A stretch of DNA of 64,000 bases. It comes from a virus. The notes beneath the pieces are model-generated. The model saw only the letters and a program-made list of their open reading frames with translations. It made no database searches and was not told where the DNA came from. Shown here piece after piece: positions 19,444-29,634 of this stretch. The stretch lies in the IMG/VR virus record IMGVR_UViG_3300005590_000001, positions 32,001-96,000 of that record, one strand, 5' to 3'. The position numbers and the translations under genes are program-made. The number at the start of each line of letters is the position of its first letter. Position 1 is the stretch's first letter.

Positions 19444-20073
19444 ATGACATATAAAGTATCTGATGATGATTTTAAATCATCAATTGAAAAATCAAACAAT
19501 ATAGGTGAAGCACTTAAAAATATGGGGTACACAACAGCATCACAAAATTATAGGATGTTCAATAAAAGAGTAAAACAATTAAATATTGATATTAGTCATT
19601 TTAATGCAAAACGCTGGGAGCGTAATAAGTTTATAAAAAAACCTATTGAAGAATTTCTTCAAAAGAATCGGTGTGTGAATAGTAGTAATCTAAAGAAAAG
19701 GTTGATTAATGAAGGCTTCTTAGAAAACAAATGTTATGAATGTAACATAACAGACTGGCAAAATAAAAAACTTGTAATGCATTTAGAACACAAAGATGGT
19801 GATCCTCTTAATAATGAATTAAGCAATTTAACTTTATTATGTCCTAATTGTCATTCACAAACAAGTACATATTGTCGTGGACAAAAAAGAAAAAAACACA
19901 CAAAAAACAAAAGAAATAAACCTAGATTTCATTTAAGAAAAGTTGAGCGTCCACCTCTTGAAGTTTTAGAACAAGATGTGAAAATTTTAGGTTATTTAGG
20001 TACTGGAAGAAAATATAAAGTTAGTGATAACGCTATTAGAAAATGGATCAAATATTATAAAAATAGCCCTTGA
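19444..20073 (+). CDS. HNH homing-type endonuclease (paralogue of 11982 ORF)
   Basis: CYEC...HLEHKDG..NNELSNL.LLCPNCH; VSDNAIRK. Confidence 0.88.
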   Translation: MTYKVSDDDFKSSIEKSNNIGEALKNMGYTTASQNYRMFNKRVKQLNIDISHFNAKRWERNKFIKKPIEEFLQKNRCVNSSNLKKRLINEGFLENKCYECNITDWQNKKLVMHLEHKDGDPLNNELSNLTLLCPNCHSQTSTYCRGQKRKKHTKNKRNKPRFHLRKVERPPLEVLEQDVKILGYLGTGRKYKVSDNAIRKWIKYYKNSP

Positions 20074-20134
20074 CGGGATCGAACCGCCGTATGCAACTCC
20101 AAAAGTTGCCGTCTTACCATTAGACGAAAGGGCA
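20064..20134 (-). tRNA. trnQ: tRNA-Gln(UUG)
   Basis: TGCCCTT/AAGGGCT acceptor, GCAAC-TTTTGGA-GTTGC, GGCGG-TTCGATC-CCGTC. Confidence 0.85.
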
Positions 20135-20142
20135 TCATTTTA

Positions 20143-20502
20143 TTAAATCGGCGGAATTGCAACTGCCAAACAACCAGCTTGGATAATATCATTCATGAGT
20201 TGCTGCCGTGCATCAAACAAACTATTCAGTAGAGTTTGAATGTCGTCCAATGCTTGTTGATCATCTTCAGACAATCCACCCTCATCCAGCCATTTTTGAA
20301 GAAGATCGTTTTGTTGCTGAATAAGAAGCAACATAAAATCGTTTAAGGCAATGAGTTGATCCAACTTATTCCAACAATACAAATAAGTACCCATTGGTGG
20401 ATCAATATTTGTTTCAATATACGGATCTGGAACTGGAGTAAGTTCTGCTTGTGGTTGAGAGAAAGCACAAAGTAGAGAAAGGAGAATAGCCGGTGTGTTC
20501 AT
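20143..20502 (-). CDS. putative secreted helical protein
   Basis: signal-peptide-like N terminus. Confidence 0.55.
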   Translation of the reverse strand: MNTPAILLSLLCAFSQPQAELTPVPDPYIETNIDPPMGTYLYCWNKLDQLIALNDFMLLLIQQQNDLLQKWLDEGGLSEDDQQALDDIQTLLNSLFDARQQLMNDIIQAGCLAVAIPPI

Positions 20503-20605
20503 TTAGTTTTTCCTGCATCAATAAAAGTAACAGTTAAGTATACGCCGACAACTAACATAGTACCGGCAACTAAAATTTGAGATAAGTTCATACTGAACTC
20601 CACAA

Positions 20606-20678
20606 TACTACCGGAAGGATTCGAACCCTCGACCATTTGGGTAGAAACCAAACGCTCTATCCACTGAGCTACGGTAGC
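20606..20678 (-). tRNA. trnR: tRNA-Arg(UCU)
   Basis: GCTACCG/CGGTAGT acceptor, TTTGG-TTTCTAC-CCAAA, GAGGG-TTCGAAT-CCTTC. Confidence 0.9.
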
Positions 20679-21825
20679 TTATTTTTAAAAAGTTTTCTAT
20701 CCACCCTTCTCTCCAAAGCCTCATACTTTTTTTCTATTTGAAATATAATGCTGAGAATTTGTGCCAACATCAGAAAGATTATACCCGGCCACATATGGTA
20801 TGGATATTTATCTGTGGATATTATTAGACTAATTCCACCAATAATTAGTAGAAGGATCCAAATATTTTTCATCATTGATATACAATCCACGCCATATACG
20901 GCGGACTTGCCAAATTACATAGAGGATGAAGATAGATACAAAGATATAAGTATCAATTTCCATCCTCGTGAAATTTGTGAACATTAAGAATTTCATACTG
21001 TTGCTGTTTCAAAGATTGAATGATGGCCTGTACTTGCGGCCCTCTGCAAATTTTAGCTCCGTAAGAATAATCTTCGAAGTCTTCATAGTAAATGTGTTCT
21101 CGATATGAGATTACGTAGAGAATCTTTTCATCGTCCATTTTCTTCAGACTCAGTTATTGTTTCTTCATCAAGTTGGATCCATTCAAAATGACTGGTAGTG
21201 GGATTATATCGGCCGACTCCAGCTTCTACAGCGTCTATTTCCCAAAGATCATTATTGATCGATAATGAAATATTACATACTATAAACCAGAATAAACTAG
21301 ATAAAAGTACTCCAAGTTCGAAATCTTGATCACGCATCTTCAGAATCTTCCTCAAAAAGAAAGTAACGAATCTTGTAAGCACCGAGATGAATATTTTCGG
21401 CTAAATATTTATCGGCGACTTCTTCGCAGTTAAAGGTTAGGAATTCATTTTTGTGTTCCAGAGGAATAACGACGGCGAATTGCTCTTCGTTCATAATAGA
21501 ATCCTTTTGGTTTGATAATATACGCATACTAGTCTACCACATTATAGTTTTCAAACATAAATATTATTCCAATTGCATCTATGAGAATATCCTAACATTC
21601 TCAAGTACCAAGGAATTTCAGGTAAATCTTCTGGTGTCAATCCCGGTTCCCAAAAATGGCAGTTATAAACACCCGGTATTCTAGTACCTCTATAATCACG
21701 GGCCTCTTCATTAAGACACCAAAGTGTTACTGCACCACGCAAAAAGAAACAGTCTGAACATGACTTCTTTTCAGCATCTGGTTTTTTAGATTCATGAATA
21801 AATCTTTGCATTGTTTACTCCAAAG

Positions 21826-22291
21826 TAGCACCGGTGGGAGTCGAACCCACATGGGGTATTCACCCCCTCAGATTTTAAGTCTGCATACCACTACAGTTTT
21901 CACTGCCTAAGTTTTTTACCCCTTTAATTCCTGCTGAACTTATCCGAGTTTCTATGAACTGAATCATATTCAGGGGTACAGGGTTTAGTTTGTGGTCTGG
22001 ACTATCCCTTTAGCTTTGCCTAAGCTTTAGCTAGGTGATTATAGTCTCTGCACCTTCTGTGTTGTCTGGCTTTATTTATCCCACTTGAATAAGTACCAGC
22101 TTAGGGTGTATCTAGAATTCCAACACAGCTTGGCTCAGGGTTCCCATACGAGTTAGCATAAAGCTAAGTCATCCTATTTGCTCACGCTCAAGGTTTTCTT
22201 CACGCTTAGGGTTCTCTGAATTTACACCATTTAGACATGGCTTTCACCATGAATGCACCTTATGATGCGTATGCCGTTCCGCCACGATGCC
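21826..22291 (-). tRNA. trnL: tRNA-Leu(UAA), intron-containing (exons 22291-22265 and 21883-21826)
   Basis: Spliced: GGCATCGTGGCGGAACGGCATACGCAT|CAGACTTAAAATCTGA-GGGGGTGAATACCCCA-TGTGGGTTCGACTCCCACCGGTGCTA, a full Leu cloverleaf with long variable arm. Confidence 0.88.
21884..22264 (-). mobile_element. group I self-splicing intron (381 nt, no ORF)
   Basis: P1: exon GCAU pairs with intron GUGC (U.G at the splice site); core GCAGAGACUA (22051-22042) and GAUAGUCC (P7 partner, ~22006-21999); terminal G. Confidence 0.85.
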
Positions 22292-23126
22292 ATTAATTAC
22301 TTATTTTCATTCTTTTTAATATCAACCATAGTATCTCCAAGCAATATCAATACTGCTACAGTAGTTGCACCACACAATAATCCAGATACAATACAGCCTG
22401 TTCCCGCAACTTCAGGATCTATTGCTAAGGTTTTTACTAAATATTCATGTAAGAAGGTTAAACCTAAAACAACAAATGGAAGGACCATAATAGATCCAAT
22501 CATTAACATTCGAATAAATATTTTCATACAGACTCCCCAAAAAGTTTCTCACAATCTTCAAAAGTAACTCTGATAGGATTTTTCTTGACCAGAGAAATCT
22601 CTACAAAAGTTCGATGAATTTTCTTAATCTTGATTTTACCGTACTCACTATGCTGTGCAATGGTACCAACTTTAAGTACTGGTGTTTGTGTTTTCATGAT
22701 AATGATATCAATCCCAATTCTAAAACCTCGAAACCTAAATCTGTCAACAGTTTTGATTGTTTTTCTAAATTGTCACACGGCCAATCTGGTTGATATGAAT
22801 ATACAGCTTCCATATCTTCGCTAAAATCTGGTATATCTAATCCTTCACCAGATTCATCTAAGTATCCATGTTTATCCCAAAATTCTTTTTTGGTTATACA
22901 CCAAGACAAAGTTTTCTTATCGCTTTTCATAATACCACCGCCGGGTTTCATTTCCCAGTGAGCGTCATCAATGAAAGGTAGGGCAACGAATCCTTCAAAG
23001 GGTAGCTTTTTTTCTCTTGCAGATTCAAATGCGGCTTTGACCCAACTTACAGCCTCTTTTGGAATACGTTCGGCACGAAGAGAGAATCCTTCCAACTCTT
23101 CGTACCAATCTTCAAACGTATCGTAC

Positions 23127-23501
23127 TTATAGCTCATTGATCTTAGCCAAAAGATCTGCTTCTGAAAGATTCTCAAGTGCAGCATCTTGCTTCCTTGAAA
23201 GAACTTCCAAATACTTATCTTTGAGTTCCTTACGAGCTTTAGCAGATCTAGCCTCTTCACTTTCCTGCTTTTTAACACTTAGTACATGAAGAACAAGATC
23301 AAATTGCAACTTGGTCAATTGATCTTCTTTAGTAGTCTCAGCAAGAAAATCTTCTTCTTCATTCTGTTTACGCTTACGGTTCAAAGCTTTGGCCATACGG
23401 TTAAGTTCAGCCATGCTGATATCCCACAAATCTTCTGTAGAAACCAAACCATGTTTGTCACTTTGAAATCGCAGCTTCAGACGTGTTGCTTTATCGAACA
23501 T
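23127..23501 (-). CDS. conserved large-phage hypothetical protein
   Basis: MFDKATRLKLRF...GL.STEDLWD motif, coupled to 691-aa gene. Confidence 0.7.
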   Translation of the reverse strand: MFDKATRLKLRFQSDKHGLVSTEDLWDISMAELNRMAKALNRKRKQNEEEDFLAETTKEDQLTKLQFDLVLHVLSVKKQESEEARSAKARKELKDKYLEVLSRKQDAALENLSEADLLAKINEL

Positions 23502-23513
23502 TTTAATTACCTT

Positions 23514-25589
23514 TCAAAATTTAACTTTAAGAGTACGTTGAAACTTACCGTCAACTTTAACGATAAGATGATTCCTTTGAGTGGATGAAAATCCTACTCC
23601 ACAAAGTTGCTCATCACTGTAATCAACTTTCATATTTGAAGCAAGTGCCTCAAAAACTTTTCTATGCGGATTCAAATCCTCCTGCAAAAATTCATTAAAG
23701 AAACCACGAGGACTATCCTCGTTTTTGCATCCTTCAAGAATGAAACAGTAATGCTTATTTCCAACTTGTTTTTCATGCCAGAAATTGGGACTAAACATCA
23801 TACATTTAACACGTGTAAACTGATTAGTATCTACTCCCCAAATACTACGTGTAGATTGATTAGATTGTAGAATGGGATTGATTGTAAATCCACCTTGTTT
23901 TTTATTGAACTCTACCTTGCATACATGAATAGATTGATGACCATCTAACGGCTTATCATATTCAAATTCATGAATCTCGCCATCACACTCAATTTGAGCT
24001 TTAAATCCAGCTTTAGAACGACCACTAAAATAATTATGCACATAGAATGTATAAGATCCACCTCTCATCTTTTCAGTATTGGGCCAATAAATATTTTCTA
24101 CCGCGACTCCTCTGGGTGTGATAATATCTACATCTAAAGTACCGCCGGTTTTATGCCATTTTGGATACTTGCATGTGTGGAATGCAATTTCTGAATTGTC
24201 TGGACAAATACAGTGAGCATCAAAATCTATGACATTATCATTATTTTCATTCCACTGAATAGAGAATCTCATTATACCATTTACATTACCACCAGCATTC
24301 TTAACATTTTCTTTAATTTGGCTATCGGCGATGTTACCATTGTATGACCATGAAAAATTATTACCCCATTTAAACATACTTGGAGCATCTTTATTAACTG
24401 GTGCAACAATATTCATAAGATTCCTTTCATGCCTACCCTCAAGCATGACTTGAATCTCACGAGCTTTTGGCACTACATTTTTGATAAAGTCTTCAATAGA
24501 GATCTCCTCAACCTTATCAAACTTTTTCACATCGGCGGATTTCTTCACTGCTCCACCCATCAATTCATCAAAGACGTCACCTTCTTTCATATGTTCTCTG
24601 ACGTCACGATTTACAAAGATGATATCATTGACGGATATATCGGAAATAGTAGCATGTCTACGTTGCAATGATTTCGCGAATCCCATTTCGGCGATTTTAT
24701 TACGGGCAGCTTCAATCATCGCCTTGGTATAAATAGGTTGCGGCCGTTTATAATTCGCCGGAGCTACAACTCTTTCAAACTGTCGTACAGCCTTATCAAT
24801 ATCTACACCTTCTGATAAGTTAATCAACAACGTACCAATTGCCGTATTCCTAATACGCTGTGCAGAGTTATCGAACATATTGTTCCAACAGTAAATCAAA
24901 CGATTTTCGCCGTCTACTTTTTCAAATTGTTTCTTTGCCTTAACAAAGTCCGAAACTGATTTTTTAAATTCATCTCCGCGGTATAAAGATCCTTGATCAA
25001 TAAGTTCCAGCACTGTTTCGCCAGCATCCAAAGAAAGTTCTTCCATAGAACGTTTGAATACTTGCAATGTAGCTTCCATATTAGAAAGCTTACGGTTACG
25101 TGCAGTTTTATCTGGCAGGGCCATACTGCGAGGAACTTCGGCAAAGAAGTGATACCATGTTTTAACAGTACCATCTTCCATCATTTGTTTGTTACTTGAA
25201 CACTGACCAAGAATACGTTCTGGTGAAATGAAAACATTCTTGATTGTACATGTGTCTACATATGCTTTCATTGCGTTAATGACTTCTTGATAAGGATATT
25301 GAGAAGTTTCAAAATCCCACAATGAAACCATTTTACCATTTTCAATGTAGACAATCCCGCCGTAGTTCTTCAAAAATGCTCGGCAACAAGAACAATCATG
25401 CTCTCTTCTTTCCTTGTAAATCTCATTAGTACCTGCTGGAAAAGAATCAAGGTAAATCTGCCAAAGTTTATCAGGATCAATATCGGCAATAAAAAGTTGA
25501 GTATTCGAAGCAGTCAATGTGTTGAAATGTGCATCGAAATCTTTTCGAAACGCTTTGAATGGGTCCATATCGTGTTCCTTTGCGGACAA
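23514..25589 (-). CDS. large conserved phage protein with YfaP/DUF2135-like domain
   Basis: HDCSCC; D.DAH; GGTLDVD...VENIYW...Y.FYVHNY. Confidence 0.65.
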   Translation of the reverse strand: MSAKEHDMDPFKAFRKDFDAHFNTLTASNTQLFIADIDPDKLWQIYLDSFPAGTNEIYKERREHDCSCCRAFLKNYGGIVYIENGKMVSLWDFETSQYPYQEVINAMKAYVDTCTIKNVFISPERILGQCSSNKQMMEDGTVKTWYHFFAEVPRSMALPDKTARNRKLSNMEATLQVFKRSMEELSLDAGETVLELIDQGSLYRGDEFKKSVSDFVKAKKQFEKVDGENRLIYCWNNMFDNSAQRIRNTAIGTLLINLSEGVDIDKAVRQFERVVAPANYKRPQPIYTKAMIEAARNKIAEMGFAKSLQRRHATISDISVNDIIFVNRDVREHMKEGDVFDELMGGAVKKSADVKKFDKVEEISIEDFIKNVVPKAREIQVMLEGRHERNLMNIVAPVNKDAPSMFKWGNNFSWSYNGNIADSQIKENVKNAGGNVNGIMRFSIQWNENNDNVIDFDAHCICPDNSEIAFHTCKYPKWHKTGGTLDVDIITPRGVAVENIYWPNTEKMRGGSYTFYVHNYFSGRSKAGFKAQIECDGEIHEFEYDKPLDGHQSIHVCKVEFNKKQGGFTINPILQSNQSTRSIWGVDTNQFTRVKCMMFSPNFWHEKQVGNKHYCFILEGCKNEDSPRGFFNEFLQEDLNPHRKVFEALASNMKVDYSDEQLCGVGFSSTQRNHLIVKVDGKFQRTLKVKF

Positions 25590-25601
25590 ATGAAAGTTCT
25601 G

Positions 25602-26006
25602 TTATTTGTAAAGTTGTGTTTTTAGATACACACAAGTATCGTGTGGCTTTTTCTTTAGAGATTCAAAAATTTCTTTTATACAAGATTCTTGTTCTGGAGG
25701 AATTTGGTTATCGTTAATAAAATAAGAGAGTTTTGATTCAATCACGATAAATGGTTTGGGACGCATCCAAGCACCATAGTCTTCATAAAGCCTTCTCTCT
25801 ACTTTTCGCTCTATTGTTTTTTGCGCAATAGTAATTTCAGCAGCATTTTTAGAGCATCTATAAAGACCTAGAAGCGACGGGCCGGTCTCATAATCCAAGT
25901 ATGAAGCTATATCTATAGAAAGATCATAATCTATTTTATTAATAAAATTCAACAGGATATAATTCTTAGCAACTGGATCCCAAACCAGTAATAAATCATC
26001 ATTCAT
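25602..26006 (-). CDS. hypothetical protein
   Basis: ORF with GGAG RBS. Confidence 0.55.
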   Translation of the reverse strand: MNDDLLLVWDPVAKNYILLNFINKIDYDLSIDIASYLDYETGPSLLGLYRCSKNAAEITIAQKTIERKVERRLYEDYGAWMRPKPFIVIESKLSYFINDNQIPPEQESCIKEIFESLKKKPHDTCVYLKTQLYK

Positions 26007-26283
26007 TATTACACTCCAAAAAAATAGACCCTCCTGCTTGTCAGCAGTCAGGTCTAGTGATAAGTAACCTATATCTTTATTTCAACGTGTACCTTAATAT
26101 AGCATGAAATCAGAAAAGTAGGTCAAATTTTGTCGGAATATCCGGCCGTTCTCAAAAATAGGAATGGCGGGGTCTGGGTCGTATCAGCGAAACCAGCAGA
26201 CCCCGCCTGAGAGGCCCGGAGCGCGTCGCATAGGCGTTATGAGTGCCGGGTGGTGCGTCACCACCTTAGCACCACCCGTCGCC

Positions 26284-26604
26284 TTAGCGGGCTTCTACGG
26301 AGCCTTGACTTCTCTCAAGAATTTCTTTTACTTTTTGTTTACGTTCTTTATGTTCTTTTTCTTTCTTATCATAAAGCTCATATATTGGTGTAATGTCATC
26401 AAAAACTTGTTCACACTTCAAACAGACCCTAATGGAATAAAATTTACTTGAAGTAAAAAAATCTGGTCTTAGTGATTTTTGACCCCTTTTTTCAAAACAA
26501 TCACACTCTATTTCGTAGAGAGACATAGTTTTGATAAGATAAAAATCATGTTGACACTCATCTGATTTGAAGAAACTTTTTATCCATGTAAAAAACTTAT
26601 TCAT
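26284..26604 (-). CDS. hypothetical protein
   Basis: ORF; C.H...VCLKC. Confidence 0.5.
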   Translation of the reverse strand: MNKFFTWIKSFFKSDECQHDFYLIKTMSLYEIECDCFEKRGQKSLRPDFFTSSKFYSIRVCLKCEQVFDDITPIYELYDKKEKEHKERKQKVKEILERSQGSVEAR

Positions 26605-28619
26605 GATATCTCCTGAATTTCTTTTTCAAACAGAATTCTATCTCTAACCTTCATCAGACAAAGCCCAAGCAAATTTTTACCCAACCACTTATCTGGGTCA
26701 CCTATCCTAGGATCATCGGCAGATAAACCAACACCCCAAATCTTATCATAAGGACTAGCTTCAATCAATACTGTATCATTAGTTGCTAGCAATCTTTCTT
26801 TAAGATCCTCATTCTGATTAAATTTCAACATATTAATGGAATTAACTATTTTTTTGTTAGATACACTCCACATATATTCATTGAAATTTTTTACCTGTCT
26901 TCCTAATTTTTTAACTTCATTTGGATCGTGTGTCTTTAAAATTCTTTCTTTAATTTGATGATCATCAAACAAATTTGCTTTCATAAACATCATAGCTTGT
27001 TCAGCAGATGTAAATTTACATTCCTCTCCACCAAGCATCATTTTAAAATTACATCTAAACCATTGACTTAAAAATCCATATTCTTCATTTACTCTGAAAA
27101 ATGTAATAAATTTTTTACCATTCCTCAAAGCAGATTTCATTCTTTTTTCTGTTTTCTTAAAGGTGTTATTTTTATTATACTTATCTCTTATATTTCCAAT
27201 TTCTACCTTAAGTATTTTTTCTTCCGGAGTCATTGTAAGAGATTTATAAAGACCCATACCATCTTTTATCAATATATCCTTATTGATATCATATTTGCTC
27301 AATTGAACACGATATACATGATCTAAAGCTTTACCCATTTCTGGTCCCGGCTTAGCACCAGCTTTAATCAAATCATAACCACTGACTTTTCGAGGCTCTT
27401 TGTCAAACAACACATTAAATTTAGACGCAGTCTCTTCTAAATTATGAATGAAGGCAACATGCTGATCATCTGGCAATTTATCACCGCGACCAAACATATC
27501 AGAGCGTACAAGCATCAACAATTCTGAAATATTTGTGCCAAACTCACTAAGTTTGAACGCTAATTTCTTAATATTTTTTGATGATAGTTTCATATTACTA
27601 TCAAGCATATGATACTTAGTTAAACCCTTAACTGGTCTAACATACATATTTGGAACACCAATCTGTTCAAAGAAATCATCAATAATATCATCGGCGATTC
27701 TTTCGTGATTGTGTGAAGCAATATGGCCTTTATGCAATTTGGTAGTTTTATACTTACCAATATCATGACACAATGCTGCAAAAAACATTTGAATACTATA
27801 ATCTGTATTAAAAATATTTCTTTGTGCAAGAATCGCATACATCATATCAACAACATGACATGTATGTGTGAAGACATCACCTTCTGGGTGATATTCTGAA
27901 TCTTGCGGCGTAAAAATCATTTGCTGAAGAGCAGGCGTATACGATAGCCAACCAGTATTATTCAAAAATTGCAATGCTCGACTCGGTTGAATAGAAGTTG
28001 CAATCTTTTTCCACTCTCCCCAGATTCTCTCTTTTGAGATTGTATAATAATCTCTATGCAGAATTTTAGAATATGTTATCAAATCTGCAGATGGTTCAAA
28101 TTGAAATCGTGCAAGAAATTGTGCCGCACGAAGAACACGCAATGGGTCTTCACAAAATTTTGCCGAAGTTGGATGCAAGATACCATCTTTAAGATTTTTT
28201 TGACCGCCGTAATGATCAATAATAGTGCCATCAAAACTCATCAACATAGAATTTATAGTAAAATCTCTACGAAGACAGGCTTCTTTTGTACTAGTATCTT
28301 TATCGGCGATTATTTTAAAATCTTTATGCGATGGTCCAGTGCTCTTTTCTCTTCTCGGCAAACTAAAATCAAATTCGCCGTCATCATTCGTCAACTTATG
28401 TACAAAAAAAGATTCGCCGTGAGAACTTACTTTACCATATTTTGACAAGGTCTCAACCAAATCTGCCGAATGAACATCATAGACCTCAACGTCCCAATCC
28501 TTTGGTTCATAACCAAGCAAAATATCTCTTACACAACCACCAGCCATAAACAATCTCGCCGAATAACCAGATTGTTTTAGCTCATTCTCAATTTTGAGAA
28601 GGGTCAAAGGAATATCCAT
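26601..28619 (-). CDS. cca: tRNA nucleotidyltransferase (CCA-adding) + HD domain + C-terminal NADAR domain
   Basis: GGCVRD..LG..PKDWD, RRDFTINS, EDPLRVLRA, ERIWGEW, HPEGDVFTHT, CHDIGK; C-terminal LSQW..SAEQAMM..KA..F..KKLGR..KF.QN..LIEASPYD.IWG.G..G.NLLG.LM.VR. Confidence 0.9.
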   Translation of the reverse strand: MDIPLTLLKIENELKQSGYSARLFMAGGCVRDILLGYEPKDWDVEVYDVHSADLVETLSKYGKVSSHGESFFVHKLTNDDGEFDFSLPRREKSTGPSHKDFKIIADKDTSTKEACLRRDFTINSMLMSFDGTIIDHYGGQKNLKDGILHPTSAKFCEDPLRVLRAAQFLARFQFEPSADLITYSKILHRDYYTISKERIWGEWKKIATSIQPSRALQFLNNTGWLSYTPALQQMIFTPQDSEYHPEGDVFTHTCHVVDMMYAILAQRNIFNTDYSIQMFFAALCHDIGKYKTTKLHKGHIASHNHERIADDIIDDFFEQIGVPNMYVRPVKGLTKYHMLDSNMKLSSKNIKKLAFKLSEFGTNISELLMLVRSDMFGRGDKLPDDQHVAFIHNLEETASKFNVLFDKEPRKVSGYDLIKAGAKPGPEMGKALDHVYRVQLSKYDINKDILIKDGMGLYKSLTMTPEEKILKVEIGNIRDKYNKNNTFKKTEKRMKSALRNGKKFITFFRVNEEYGFLSQWFRCNFKMMLGGEECKFTSAEQAMMFMKANLFDDHQIKERILKTHDPNEVKKLGRQVKNFNEYMWSVSNKKIVNSINMLKFNQNEDLKERLLATNDTVLIEASPYDKIWGVGLSADDPRIGDPDKWLGKNLLGLCLMKVRDRILFEKEIQEIS

Positions 28620-28846
28620 TATACTTCTTCTTGTGTAAATTTGTAGTTATGCGTACGCAAAAAGGTCAACAAATTAGGCAAGGTAACCAAACGAATCAAT
28701 GTCCCGTGCCTTCTAGAACCCTTCATTCGCTTTGCATCAATCCATTTTGCAACTGTTCTGGGTGCAACACCCATTATAGCTGCAATATCAGCACTTGTAA
28801 AGACAAATTTATTTACCGGAATTACCAAGAGATCTGATGAAAGCAT
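28619..28846 (-). CDS. helix-turn-helix (MerR/excisionase-like) DNA-binding protein
   Basis: VFTSADIAAIMGVAPRTVAKWID. Confidence 0.75.
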   Translation of the reverse strand: MLSSDLLVIPVNKFVFTSADIAAIMGVAPRTVAKWIDAKRMKGSRRHGTLIRLVTLPNLLTFLRTHNYKFTQEEV

Positions 28847-29222
28847 TATAAATCCTTTGTGCGCGACCCCGTTCTAGATTACTTGTAGCACACATAAAAG
28901 CTTCAAACCGTCTTTGTGTTTTATTGCAAACGACCTCTAGAAAACTTTCCCACGATTCAGATTCTGGGATATGAAACTTCGAATTACCCACGATAAACAA
29001 ATCTGGTAAAACATTCCACTCTTCAAGACCCGCATTCAAATCATTTAGAAATGCCATTGCTGGATCATATGATTTAAACCAAAAGGTATCTTTTACTCCT
29101 GAATTCACAATGATTTCACGTTCTTTTACCGTAAATGGTCGAAGATTAAGACGTTTATGCATATCTTCATTGAGAACCCTTGTCAGTCCACGAAAATCAT
29201 CTAATAGTAAAATCATTACCAA
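28809..29222 (-). CDS. hypothetical protein
   Basis: ORF; ILLLDDFR start. Confidence 0.5.
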   Translation of the reverse strand: MVMILLLDDFRGLTRVLNEDMHKRLNLRPFTVKEREIIVNSGVKDTFWFKSYDPAMAFLNDLNAGLEEWNVLPDLFIVGNSKFHIPESESWESFLEVVCNKTQRRFEAFMCATSNLERGRAQRIYNAFIRSLGNSGK

Positions 29223-29356
29223 TCCTCATCTTCATCTTCGTAATAATCATCCTCATCATCATAAAAATCTTCGTCTTCTTCGTCCCAATAATTATCTTCT
29301 TCATCCCAATCTTCTTCACCCTCAACCCAATCGTCTTCTTCATCAGTCATTGGCAT
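29216..29356 (-). CDS. hyperacidic 46-aa peptide
   Basis: Manual translation MPMTDEEDDWVEGEEDWDEEDNYWDEEDEDFYDDEDDYYEDEDEDW; GGAG RBS. Confidence 0.65.
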   Translation of the reverse strand: MPMTDEEDDWVEGEEDWDEEDNYWDEEDEDFYDDEDDYYEDEDEDW

Positions 29357-29634
29357 TGTTCATCTCCCGAAATTTAACAGTAAACTGAGAACCCCTTGGT
29401 CCACAACGTTTAATTTTAGTCTGAAATTTATCAGACAATTCTGCAGTTTTCATTTGTGCATCAACATAATTATTCAGAGGTTTTGTTTTGTTCCACTTCA
29501 TTTATATTAAATCCTTTGCTGAAAAAAGCATCAATGTCTTCTAAAGAAGACATATCAATTGCATTACCAAGCCGACGCAATTCATCCCAAATCAACTGTA
29601 TTTCAATTTCAAGTTCTGCTGAAGTTCTCATAAT

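Noticed and set aside
26164-26451. Plus-strand ORF, or SRP RNA/hammerhead identity for the GC-rich element
   Set aside because: The ORF is antisense to the operon and lacks an RBS; the SRP helix-8 motif and a complete hammerhead core were not found.
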